DNA from: Octopus sinensis
Lineage: Eukaryota
Direction: 5' to 3'
Length of the DNA: 64,000 nucleotides
Assembly (NCBI RefSeq): GCF_006345805.1
Contig: NC_042999.1
Span: forward strand, 80,848,001-80,912,000
Shown in pieces: positions 52,735 through 64,000 of this stretch. How positions within the stretch are numbered: the first letter of the stretch is position 1; the number at the start of each line of letters is the position of its first letter. The translations under genes were made by a program, and so were the position numbers. Below the pieces are notes generated by a model that did no database searches, had not been told where the DNA came from, and saw nothing but the letters and a program-made list of their open reading frames with translations.

Positions 52735-52775
52735 ACTTTTGACAATCTTTTACCAAAGAGTGAAACCGGTTAAGT
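52735..52775 (+). ncRNA. Minimal hammerhead-like motif, U3-A8 core
   Basis: ACTT-TTGACAA-TCTTTT-ACCA-AAGAGT-GAAA-CCGGT-T-AAGT; 10.1/11.1 is a T.T mismatch; preceded by three ~45-bp tandem repeats (about 52582-52720). Confidence 0.5.
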
Positions 52776-52863
52776 AAATAAACATCGTTTAAATTGCATT
52801 TTCAAACCTTTTTTCTTATATAATCCCACTCGTGCGATACCCCACAACTCAACTTTTTTATAT

Positions 52864-52934
<71 letters not shown>

Positions 52935-52971
52935 TGTGTGTGTATATATGTGTGTGTATGTATATATAAGA

Positions 52972-53012
<41 letters not shown>

Positions 53013-53015
<3 letters not shown>

Positions 53016-53387
53016 TCTTTTTATCTTTACTCTTTTACTTGTTTCAATCATTGGACTGCGGCCATGCTGGAGCACCACCTCTACTAGAGCAAATCGATCC
53101 CAGGACTTATTCTTTGTAAGCCTAGTACTTATTCTAGCGGTATCTTTTGCCGAACCGCTAAATTTCAAATACGTAAACACACCAACATCGGTTGTCAAGT
53201 GATGTTGGGATGACAAACACAGACACGCAAACATATACACACATATACATATATACGACGGACTTCTTTTAGTTTCCATCTACCAAATATCCCAAGGCTT
53301 TGGCCGGCCCAAAGTGCCACGCAGTGGGAATGAACCCGGAACAATGTGGTTGGTAAGCACGCTACTTACCGTACAGTTCTCCTGCGC
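53013..53387 (-). mobile_element. SINE family 3
   Basis: Homologous to the other family 3 copies, with a tRNA-like head at about 53320-53387. Confidence 0.85.
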
Positions 53388-53854
53388 TTATATAGATATG
53401 TGTGCACGTGTGTGTGTATGTGTGTGTGTGTGTATGTCTGTGTGTCATATCATACACAGATAGCCTAAAACATAGAAAGAAACCAGTAACTAAATGCCGT
53501 TTAATGATAAGAGAGAAAGAAGATGAGAAACTGTGAACGGCAGCTATATTGTAATTCTAGACTCATTTGCTGACCTCATTATTTGCTCAAATGATATGAC
53601 ATGAAGTAAAATAATGATTTCTTTTTTAAGGAAGAAAAACAATATGAGTAGACAACAAAAGTACTTATGTTATCTCGGCTTGCTATCAGTTTATATTTTA
53701 CAACTTGACCTTAAGAAAAACAAATATTTTGATACAATTCAGTGATTTTCTCAAAAAAACAAAATACTTCAGTCTAATGAGATGTGATGATAAAAAATAT
53801 ACTTGTATATATGTGTGTGCGTGTATGTTTGTGTGCATATATACGTATGTATAT

Positions 53855-53891
<37 letters not shown>

Positions 53892-56026
53892 CACGCTTTT
53901 TCCATTTATATACACACTCATACATAAAAATACATACGTATACAGATAATCACAGAATAACGCACACACACACACATATATATTGTATGTATATATAATC
54001 TCTTTTTCTTTGCTTTCTTGCTATTGATTAGAAATTTCTATATCACAGTATTTTTCATCCAAGCGTAGAGACAAATGAGGTGTAAATAGGAAGACAAAGG
54101 AAGAAAATAATAAGAATTCATAGTCGAGTGGAGAAGACTGTTAAACTTTAATTGCTATGAAAACTCGGATTTGTTCAGTAATGCTTAATAGCGGCTGTTC
54201 TTCAAGATATCGGTAACTTTACACAGACAATATGTTGTTGGTCACGTTTGTGTTTTCTTTTTGTTTGCTTGTTTTTTTTTTGTTTGCTTTATTTTCCTTT
54301 GGCTCTTTGTTCATTGTCGAATAACAACGTAGTTGTAAATGGCAACACCTATCTCACTTTAAAAATCAACCACCGCTGTCATCTACAGATGATATTTAGA
54401 ATGTTATCTTTATTTTGCACTTCGTTGCTCCCGGCAGTCAATCATGCATGACTAAGAACATTTCGTTTTATTCGAAAGATTTTTTTTTCCTGTTTTGCTT
54501 TTGTTTTGCATACAGTGGTGATATGTAGCGAAAAACGTTTTGTTCTCTAGATTAATACGATGATAAGGAAGTCATATATTCATAAGATAATGTCCACTGA
54601 CCAAAAACAAACAACCACAGGGTTTTTAATAGAGTGACAACGAATATGTGCGGCGTTAAAGTTTATCACAACAATGTTAACATTTCGAGTATCATTTCTA
54701 TAAAAATCTATAAGTAACAGAAATAAATCTGTGAAGTTTATTCAAGCGTTTCTCAGTATATTCAATATATTAAATATGCCTATACAGATTAATTTTTCAG
54801 AGAGTCTACGCTATGTACATACAATGTTCATACAACTACTTAGGAAAATCTGGACAATAAGTATTTAACGGCTTCTGAAGTTTTTCAACTCAAGTCTATT
54901 TTTCGTTCTAAGTCACTTCATTATTGATCTTTACCTTACTGATAATATTTTCTCTATATCAGTTTCGCACATTTTCCGAATTAAATATTCATAAGTTCAT
55001 ATCGGTGGAAAAAACAATAGATATTTAGCACAGCAAGTACTAACTTAATGAATAACTATATATAAGTATATATGTATTCAATACTCGCACACGTACTTAC
55101 ACACTCACACGCGAGTGCATGCATCTGTGTATATATGAAGCAAGATAAAACGTATGTGGATAAGCTGTTTAGTTTGGGTTATTTTAAGCATCGCATTCGA
55201 ATACCAAAGCACAGGGAAGAACAGCTTAATATTTAAATCATTGTGTTTATGTATCTGAAAATAGTCAATCTACAGGGGAAAAAAAGAAATGTGCCTCATA
55301 AGAAATTTCAGGGATATGCATATGAAATAATTGAAGTATATGACATTTGTAGGATATGAAAAGTCACTTTTGTGAGAGTCATTATGTATTCATTTTTTTT
55401 TCCGCACCAATACATTTTACTTATTTCATTCAACTAACAACTGAAAACGTGTGCCAAATTTGTTTAGCTAATATTTTCTGTACATTACGACGTTTTCATA
55501 TACTTCATAGTCTATAGTAGTAATCTGAACCCACATATACGTTAGATCTACTGTAAATAACATTGCGAATAAAGGTGTAGTCTTCGATATTCTAAAGATC
55601 AGGTTAGTCATGGTTGCAAACCTCTTGCTCCTTGGTATGCTCGAGCAAAATTTCTTGGATGTTAAACCACAACCACACTTTTGTTGCCATGTAAGTTCAT
55701 TAAGAACTTAAGAGAACTCTAACAAATATGGGTATTCAATACCGTGTGAATATTTAGATGTTTACGTTTAAACGACTGGAAATAAGTAGGTAGCAAATTC
55801 GCCACTATATTTCATCTGGAAATATGGATTAGGTGAAATGTGCATTAAATCATTGATGAATATGTACACCAAGTTGACAGATTATTTTGTTGTATGCACT
55901 TATACTCGATGAAGACATACAATTCTACAACCTGTCATCTAAGAGACAGAGGTTTTATATAATTAATCCCACACAATTAATAGGAATGTGTATCAGTGTA
56001 GACGCCTATGTGTGTTTGTGAGTGTG

Positions 56027-56068
<42 letters not shown>

Positions 56069-56093
56069 TGTGTGTGTGTATCTACAATAGCGG

Positions 56094-56491
56094 CAGAAGC
56101 AGTATTAATACCAGTATGTAATCTTGATCTCCAGCTAAACTTGTCGGTTATGTTAAAATTCAAAATAGTGCGTTATTTACCTAAAGAGGATCTCTCATAA
56201 TAATCTCTCAATCGTCTACTATGGCCATTGCCAAATCATGTGATTTCAACTTGCTATGGGTTTTTCAGTGATAGATGTCCAGCAGCACAATGACGGTCGA
56301 ATCTTCAAATGAAGACAGTCAAATCTTCAGTCAAGTCTTCAGGTGCTAGTGTCGCAAATAGTCAGTGGGCTAATTAATAGTAACAGAAGCAGTATTAATG
56401 CAAAAAGTTAATCTTGATCTCTAAATTAACGAGTAAGTCATTTTAGAACACAAAATACTACTTGATTTACCTTGAGAAGATCTCTCTTAAT
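56094..56491. repeat. Diverged ungapped 108-bp direct repeat (56094-56201, 56384-56491)
   Basis: About 27 mismatches counted; conserved blocks include ATTTACCT (minus-strand AG|GTAAAT). Confidence 0.8.
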
Positions 56492-56730
56492 GACTCGTTG
56501 TTCATAAAAGCAACATAATTATATTGTTGAAAGACAATACAGCTCTCGGAAATGCTAGATCAGGGGCTTTCACCCTGCTGTTGGTCCCTCCTTACGACAG
56601 AATCTGACAAGATAAACATCGCAGTTTTCTGTGTCGTAACATCATTCAACGACCTTTTTCTTTTTAACAAGAATAACTACTGTGTCTCAGCATCGTCACT
56701 TAAAGTACATGTTGCTTTTCGCATCGCACG

Positions 56731-56768
<38 letters not shown>

Positions 56769-57362
56769 AACACACACACACACAACACACACACACACAC
56801 ACACACACACTCTCTCTCACTCAATCTCCAGCAACTATGGTCTGTCGTAATGTGCAGTTTTGTCTACACAATATATCTAAATATATTTGACCTGCTTAAT
56901 GACAAAGCAACTTTTGTTATGATAGTTCAATCGGCCTAATTCTGCACGCAAACGTCATCAACACTCAAACAAAATACACCAAACTTGCATTCACACGATT
57001 TTTCAACAACCAACAAACTGCCAATATTCACGAAACAAAATAAGCAACGTTGATTTCAAGCAGTGTCTGAGGAGATCTGAAAGCAATAGGCAGAGTTGTT
57101 CCTCCTGAGAGAACCAATATAAAATGGCTTAAAAGCAAATCAAAAACAAAAACCCGCGAAACAATTATTAATGATTATTTTATAGGTCAATTATTCATTT
57201 ACACATAGCTGATAGTTCAGTGAGACATTACTTAATACTTCCCACTCTCCAAGATTATTCAATTGTGATGGTATCATTATATTACACATTTCGTCTGAAC
57301 GAACCTGTAGAGAGATGTATACTGCAACTGAGATATACAACGGAATAGAATATAGATGTGAG

Positions 57363-57394
<32 letters not shown>

Positions 57395-57429
57395 ATATTA
57401 TATATATATATATATTATATATATATATA

Positions 57430-57612
57430 TAGGGAGAATTCACGGAAAAACACAAGACGAAGACAGTTGGCGTAGAAAACAAACAGATGTATTAGTATAA
57501 CGCTCAAGAATTGAAAATGTCTTTTATGTTTCGTGCCTACGCTCTTCCACAGAAAGGAACACAGATAGAGGGGAAAATGTGTGTAGTGGCTACCGATCTG
57601 TCATGGCGACTA
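57430..57612 (-). mobile_element. Probable solo PLE pseudo-LTR with a hammerhead-like motif
   Basis: On the minus strand it contains a hammerhead-like fold and runs into (TA)n at 57430, like the other PLE 3' ends. Confidence 0.5.
57521..57556 (-). ncRNA. Hammerhead-like motif with U at position 6
   Basis: CTTT-CTGTGGA-A-GAGC-GTAG-GCAC-GAAA-CAT-A-AAAG; stem III is one CpG-type transition from palindromic ACGT. Confidence 0.45.
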
Positions 57613-58744
57613 TATATATATGAATGTGTGTATGTATGTGTGTATTTGTGTATCTATATATGTGTAGATGTATGTATGTGGATTCCACACTATATTACAG
57701 TTTCCAGTGCAATACGTTGCGAGGCATCAACCTCGGGACAGACTAGTGTGCGAAATAGGTATAGTTATAGTTTTATGTCGTATATGCATATATCTATATC
57801 AAAAATAATCGCTACATCTCGTACTTACACCACTGCCAGAATTAGTTGATTCATAACTTGAGTTTAACCCTCTGCTATTGGTTTCATCAGTTCTCTTGTT
57901 CTTCCTTTTATTTATTCATTTAATATTTGTTTATCGTTATTTTAATTCTCTCTCGTGTTTTTGAGAGCTGCGTGGCATAGTTCGGACATGTGTGATATGC
58001 ATTTTCTCTTGCTATTATGTGTGCTTACAAGTTTATAGATAATTTGCCTAATGGGAAAAGTGTATACATTTGGAGTTTGAAGATCTGTTTTATTTATTGT
58101 GGAACACTGAAGTGGTGAGGTGAATGATTGAATAAACTGTCTAAAACTGTTATGTAATTATCATGGCATTTTGCTGAAACGGGTATATGCTCTATAAAGC
58201 ATTGAATCACATATCTGCTCTCTGCTAAATTATTATTATTTCTATATACATACAAACATGCATCATTCATGTAAATACCATACATACAGACATACATGTA
58301 GATGGGTTTTTTATATGGTGGCTTGAAAGTAAGACAGAGATTTAGAAACTCACTTCCTCCTCTAGAAATATGGAGAAATCATATTGTATACAATTCAAAA
58401 TTACTGCAACATGCAAACTATAGGTTTATGTTACCATGAGTTACACACGCTGCTCTAGGTAGATAAAAAAGAATCATGAAATTATTTACGTCACGAGATA
58501 GTGCTTTTCGCCAGCTGTGAGGCGGAAAAGACTTTCCCAAAGTTATCCTTTGAGAAGAACAAATTCCGGTCTATCATGAATAAAGAGTGCTTAACCTTTC
58601 TCTAAAAATGCTTATAACAAGTAATTCTCAAACTACAAAACTTTGCGAAAATGTGTTGCTAGAAAATATACAGCGTATTTTGTAAAATACAGCTTATATA
58701 GAATGTGTTTCTGTCGGTATTTCTAATGAAAGTTCATATTTCCT

Positions 58745-58925
58745 GCTAATTATGTCACAAGGCCAGACATTTTGAGGGATAGGTGAATCAATTTCATCGA
58801 CCCCAGTGGCCAACTAGTAGTTCTTTTGTCGACAAAATTTGAACTCAGAACCTACAGAAACGAAAGAGAATGAGTTAATCATATTTGTTCTATGAGCGAA
58901 CGGTTCAGCCATCTCACTGACTTAA
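58745..58925 (-). mobile_element. Degraded SINE family 2
   Basis: CATCGACCCCAGT and TTTGAACTCAGAAC blocks. Confidence 0.65.
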
Positions 58926-59368
58926 TAATTCTGACAACGAACTTTAAGCTTTCTATGAATATGTAAAATGCTTTACCACAGCTACAACTTTTGTCAGTAT
59001 TTCAAAATGGAACTGCATTTTGTAATACACATTGAATGAAGGTATTTTAACAGTACCAAGTATAAATGGTTCGTTCTGCACGCAATCCAGGACAGCACGG
59101 ATTCATCTATGGTGTAGTTAACATTCAAAATAAAGAAAACCAAGAACATTTAAATAGTTATTTACCCAGGAAAACGTCGAGCAGAATAACATCAGTAAAA
59201 ATTATAATTCCTTATATGTAATGAATGTGGGATATAGATACCAATATATTCCGACAGGTAGTGAATTGTGGGCAGGTAGTGAATTGTGTATCACGTAATA
59301 ATGTGACATATTATTTTGTTTAAAATGAAAATTTACGGCACAAATGATGAACGAACTCAACTTTATTA

Positions 59369-59914
59369 TTAGTATTTAGTTCCATAGACAATATTTTCAA
59401 TTACAGCCTTACAACGCTGGGACATGCAGTTCGACAAATGAGCATAAAAACCTCTTGGAATGTTCCGCCATATTTCTTCAATGAAATAATACAATTGGGA
59501 CACATTTCTTGCTCTTTTTAACATGAACTCATTTATAAACATAATTCCATAAATTTTCTATCAGATCCAAATCCGGGCTCTGCGGAGGCCACTCAAAAAC
59601 CACCATATTATTGCGCTCAAAATATTGCAAACTTTCCTATTCTTATGAACGGATAATTGTCTTGCTGGAATATTGATCCCGGTGGCATCTGATTATCTAA
59701 ATATGGCAGCATATTTTCATTTACTTATTGCAGATAGCCTACACTTCAGTCTGCTATCATCCTTAACAATTGGACCAACACGGTCCACACCATTACCAAC
59801 CCCCACCATCCCGCTCGCACCGTTTTCTTGGCACACTTAGGATGGAATTATTCAGTTGGTCAGCGTCTAACGTAAGTCTTTTCTTCTGATCCAAAGATGC
59901 AGAAGCGGGATTTG
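59369..59914 (-). mobile_element. Tc1-like (DDE) transposase remnant
   Basis: VMVW, FQQDN, EWPPQSPDLDLIENLW and MSQRCKAVI...GTKY* across frameshifts. Confidence 0.85.
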
Positions 59915-59928
59915 TGTATATTTATATA

Positions 59929-60422
59929 CAGGGTGGGTAAGATATTTGGGGACACATTTATGTTTCTATAAAAAAAAAAAAAACTTACATCATAACAGAT
60001 ACGTTTATCAAAAAATTTTATGAGGTTAAAAATAAACATTCTTTTTTATGTTATTCAATAAAGCCATATTCAGCTTCAGCAACTTCTATATAAGATTTAA
60101 ATCATCTACATGCTCGAATCAAGTGGTCCAGGATCATTTTGGACATTACTCTGACTCTGGCAGCTTTCAAAGAATGTTCGGTGTTATGAGCGTGTTCATT
60201 GACATCTCTCTTAATCCCGCTCCACATGTACTATGATCCAAGGGATTGAGATCTGGGGAATTGGGAGGCCAAATGTTAGGGGTTATGTGATCATGAACAT
60301 TTTCAACCAAACATTTCTGTGTTACTAGAGGCAAGTGTGATAGTACAGAGACCAAGTGAAACACATAGGGCCTTCCACTGCATACACTGTCCACCCAGAG
60401 CTTAACAATTATATCCAGGTCC
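59929..60422 (-). mobile_element. maT/DD37D-like mariner remnant with 3' TIR
   Basis: GRPYVF...WPPNSPDLNPLD with 37 residues between the aligned 2nd and 3rd catalytic positions; TA|CAGGGTGGGTAAGATATTTG matches the TIR ending at 4090. Confidence 0.85.
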
Positions 60423-61987
60423 GCGTGCGTATGTGTGTATGTGTGTGTGTGCCCGCGTGTGCCCATATGTATATGGATATGTGTATATGTAAATGATACA
60501 CGCACGCGAGCGCATACAGACATAGCTTCTGAGTGGCTTCATCAATGTGTTCTTTTAGTTATTTTGTTTTTGTCATCTATTAATATATCTTTTATGTTAA
60601 CTTTAATTAAGCCCAAATGAAGAATAATCGAAACTGCAAATAAACCATCGCTAATTGCAACATGATATATTGATATATTTTTCAATTATTTCACTGTATA
60701 TATTTATCAAGTTCGAAGATTTACAGGTCAATATTTCCATTGGATTATTAACACGTTAAACTACGAAGTATCAATATAATGCTCGATTTTTATCTCTGAA
60801 AACCAACTCCATGAAATATTTCGGCCACTCGAAATTTCATATCAGTACTCTATTCTTATATATGACAAATTTTAGTAGCGGTAGTTTTGTTGTTTAATTA
60901 TTTAGTCTGTTGATTATCGAACGTGATGTGGTTAGAACCCATAATATTAAAGGGACTAAATATAGCGAATATAGTTATTGACATGCACAACCATATGATA
61001 TTTTTTGCCCGCTTTTTTTTTTCACAAATCACAGCTGGTTTTTTGTATAGTTGTTTTCGTCGTATCTTTTGCAGCTGAATATTATGTTTGTTTATTGGAT
61101 TGCAGTTAATTTCCCTTGGCAAAAATGACATTTTGTTTACATTTTAACACAACAAAAATCAATACAATCATAGCAAATATCGATGAAACAGGTTTGGAAT
61201 TAGGCAGATAATTGCAGATCCTCTGCAAACGTATCATAGTTATTGCCCATTAAACATATCAACTGAGAACAATAATTGAACCAGTTTTTAACTTGCCTTT
61301 CGATTGACATTTTACTGACAAGGTAATTTTCTTCTGAAATTGAAATTATCCAAGTCAAGCTTTTAGATTCCTGTTTTTTGTTTCGTCTGTTGTTTTTGTT
61401 TTTTGTTGTTTCAATTTTTCACTAGTAAAAACAGAAAGAAAAAGCTGTAAAGAAAAACACAAGCAAAAATAAGACAGAAAAACAAATATTTGAAATAATT
61501 TCTCCGAGAAGCACGTAAATAAACGCCACGTTCTAGCAAACAGATGTACGTATATGTTTATGTATGTACATACAAGCACACACACATACACAGATATACA
61601 CACACGTATGCATACATACATATATATATATATATATTTACACGCACACATACATACATACACACCCTTACACCCACACACACGTCTGCAGGAGCGCAAA
61701 CACACATATTGTAAAACATTTACTTTTGTACGCATATAAGGACTTAGCAAATCATTGTGGAAAAACAATTATCTATAACCCGGCAGGAATATGTGTGTGG
61801 GCGTGTGTGATTATGTGTGTGTGATTATGTGCGTGTGCATACATGCGTATATATATGTATGTATGCTGTGTGTATATATTTAGATAATTATAGGCATGCA
61901 TATTTTCATATATACGTATACGCGTGCGCACACACACACAAGTGCATATACATATACATACATATATATATAAGTATTTCTGTGATA

Positions 61988-62030
<43 letters not shown>

Positions 62031-62699
62031 CACGCATACTGAATACGCGTATTCGCTTTTTTTTCGGTTTTGTGTGTATATGTGTGATGTGTGTGGGAGG
62101 GTTTCATTTTACCTTTTGCGTGAGTAGGTATGTACATCATCGATCTATAAGAATGTTTATAGCACGCAAATTTGTGATTCTCATAGGAAAGGCGAATCGC
62201 AAGTGTACTTACGAGGGATAAAACGGAGTGGAAAAATTGCTGTTTAATAAAATTCAGGTTGTTTGATATTGTGTCGTTGCCTCAAACCATGGCCAAATAT
62301 GTAAAGGACATTGATGAAAACTCTTTGGTATCGTTTCATCAATAAATAAGCTGATTTATTAAGTTTCACTCGTTTATCTTGTGGAATTTCGTATTTATTT
62401 GTTTCAGTACCATTGATCAAGATGATATCGTCTTTCCTGAGATCCCCTCCTCATTTTATCATAGAAAACCTGCACACTCAAACGCATACACGTGCATGTA
62501 TATACCAGAGTGAGTCACAAGTTTTTCATAGTTTCCCTGATGATTCTTTGATACTTATTTTTCCATGTTTTATCATTAATTTGATCCAATCTTTGCTAAA
62601 TTATTTAATCTTTATTTTGATATATAACAAATAAAATTTTATTGTTTATTTCTTGTTTCATAACTTTGATAATGAGTGATGAAAATATTGTAATTAAAG

Positions 62700-63490
62700 T
62701 CTTTTTATGCTACCAGCAGAAACAAAAGCACGGAGTGAAAGTGTATCAGCAAAATAAATGAATAATATGGAAGGCACAGAAATTGTCAACGAACTCCTTC
62801 ACGAGGATCCACTAATCGACATTTCCTTATGAACACACATTGTCGAGAAGTGCCTCATTCAACGACGTGTGACGATGTGGACAAATTACCATCAAATTCT
62901 CGATATTCCCTTGTTTTATGACTGGAGATAAAAATTGTATCTAATTTCATCATCTTAAGTGAAAACAGTGGATTCAATCCTCTCAGACATCAGAACCTGT
63001 TGTCAAATAATGGCAGTTTGAACAGAATGTCAGGTTGTATGTCTGATAGAGTTTCGAGAGGTTGTTGTACTTTGAATTTGTCCTAGATTGTCATGCTCCG
63101 AAAGCTACTCTTGATGCTCAACAACTGGCGCAAACATATGATGCATTGAATGTCCACTACCCAGGATTGGTCAATCGAAAACCTGCACTTCTACAGTATG
63201 AGAATACCGCAGTACACACGCCGATGTGTCCAAGTACAAATGCAAAGAATTTGAGGGGATGGAATCGTCGTCTGCTCCAGCCCATAGCATAGATTTCTTA
63301 CCATAAAAATACCACCTTTTCCAAACCATGGTCCATTTCCTTCGTTGACGCTGGCTTAACAATGTGGATGAGGTTAAAAACGGGTGCAGGGACATATTTT
63401 CCGCGAAACAAAGCGAAACTGTATAAGCGGGGAATTGATGGCAACACTCAGTAGAATATAATGTGATATATTTCGGTGAATGAACGTTTT
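62700..63490 (+). mobile_element. mariner (DD34D-type) transposase remnant
   Basis: FMTGD, QQLAQTYDAL..HYPGLVNRK.ALLQYEN, PAHS.DF.P..YHLF.TM.HFLR and VDEVKNGCR across lesions; possible TIR TACGAGGG near 62210. Confidence 0.8.
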
Positions 63491-64000
63491 AGGCATGCAT
63501 CTTGATTGAACTACAATTGAAGGCTTGAAAGACAAAAAAAAATAATTCACTTAAATTGAAAAACATTTAGAGACATATGCATGTATGTGTGTGTATGCGT
63601 GCGCGCGTAAATGAAGTTTATAATTATATTGTAAATACGGGGGTACATTCACACTACATACCAAATATTTCATTCATGATTATCGAAATATAGAATTTTC
63701 ATCAACATAGAGATGTAATTTTAAAAAGTTCGCATTTGCTCATGTAATATCACCGATCCTTCTCATAATTGGTATGCGTAATTTTACACAGCCAAGCATC
63801 AGCAGAAACTGAAAATTTACAGATGACAATGAGATGACTTTCACATACTCATGGCTAGTGTACTATTGTAATTATCATTTGTTTTCATATCAATAGTATT
63901 TATTTTGTCTATGCACCAAAGTCAACTATCTTGTAAGCATTCAGATTAGCCTTGAATTCTAATATTATCAAGAACTCTATTTCATTCACACACTAGGGTG

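Larger units (their letters stand above)
49456..52858 (+). mobile_element. Penelope-like element (PLE-A), 5'-truncated: RT C-terminal half, GIY-YIG and long 3' UTR
   Basis: YANLVMAYLE, RYLDD, LPFLDI, YKPTD..YL...SNHP..K.NIPF; frameshift near 49875; then CGRPNCKTC, LYVIRCEGCHEDYIG, R...H and KYRPQLN* (50615); both ends abut (TA)n. Confidence 0.92.

Noticed and set aside
63171-63395. 74-aa minus-strand ORF
   Set aside because: Antisense shadow of the mariner remnant

Overview
AT-rich eukaryotic DNA that is almost entirely non-coding (intronic or intergenic) and dense with (TA)n, (CA)n, (TG)n and (CATA)n microsatellites. The SINE families resemble octopus repeats I recall, so Octopus (a coleoid cephalopod) is the likely source; this is an inference. 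I found no intact host gene, rRNA, true tRNA or CRISPR array, and most supplied ORFs are microsatellite artefacts or transposon remnants. Recognisable content: five Penelope-like element (PLE) coding remnants plus orphan PLE 3' ends, two CR1-like LINE RT fragments, probable R4/Dong-like and RTE-like fragments, four Tc1/mariner remnants, three SINE families, several MITE/foldback elements, a near-perfect 648-bp tandem duplication and a few weak candidate exons. The most interesting signal is a set of minimal hammerhead-ribozyme folds in the PLE 3' ends whose core positions 3 and 8 co-vary: A3-U8 (three copies), U3-A8 (two copies), U3.G8 and C3-G8 (one of these with U at position 6). One PLE family also appears to carry a >1 kb compound microsatellite array in its 3' UTR. 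Everything was read by eye, so boundaries of degraded repeats are approximate.
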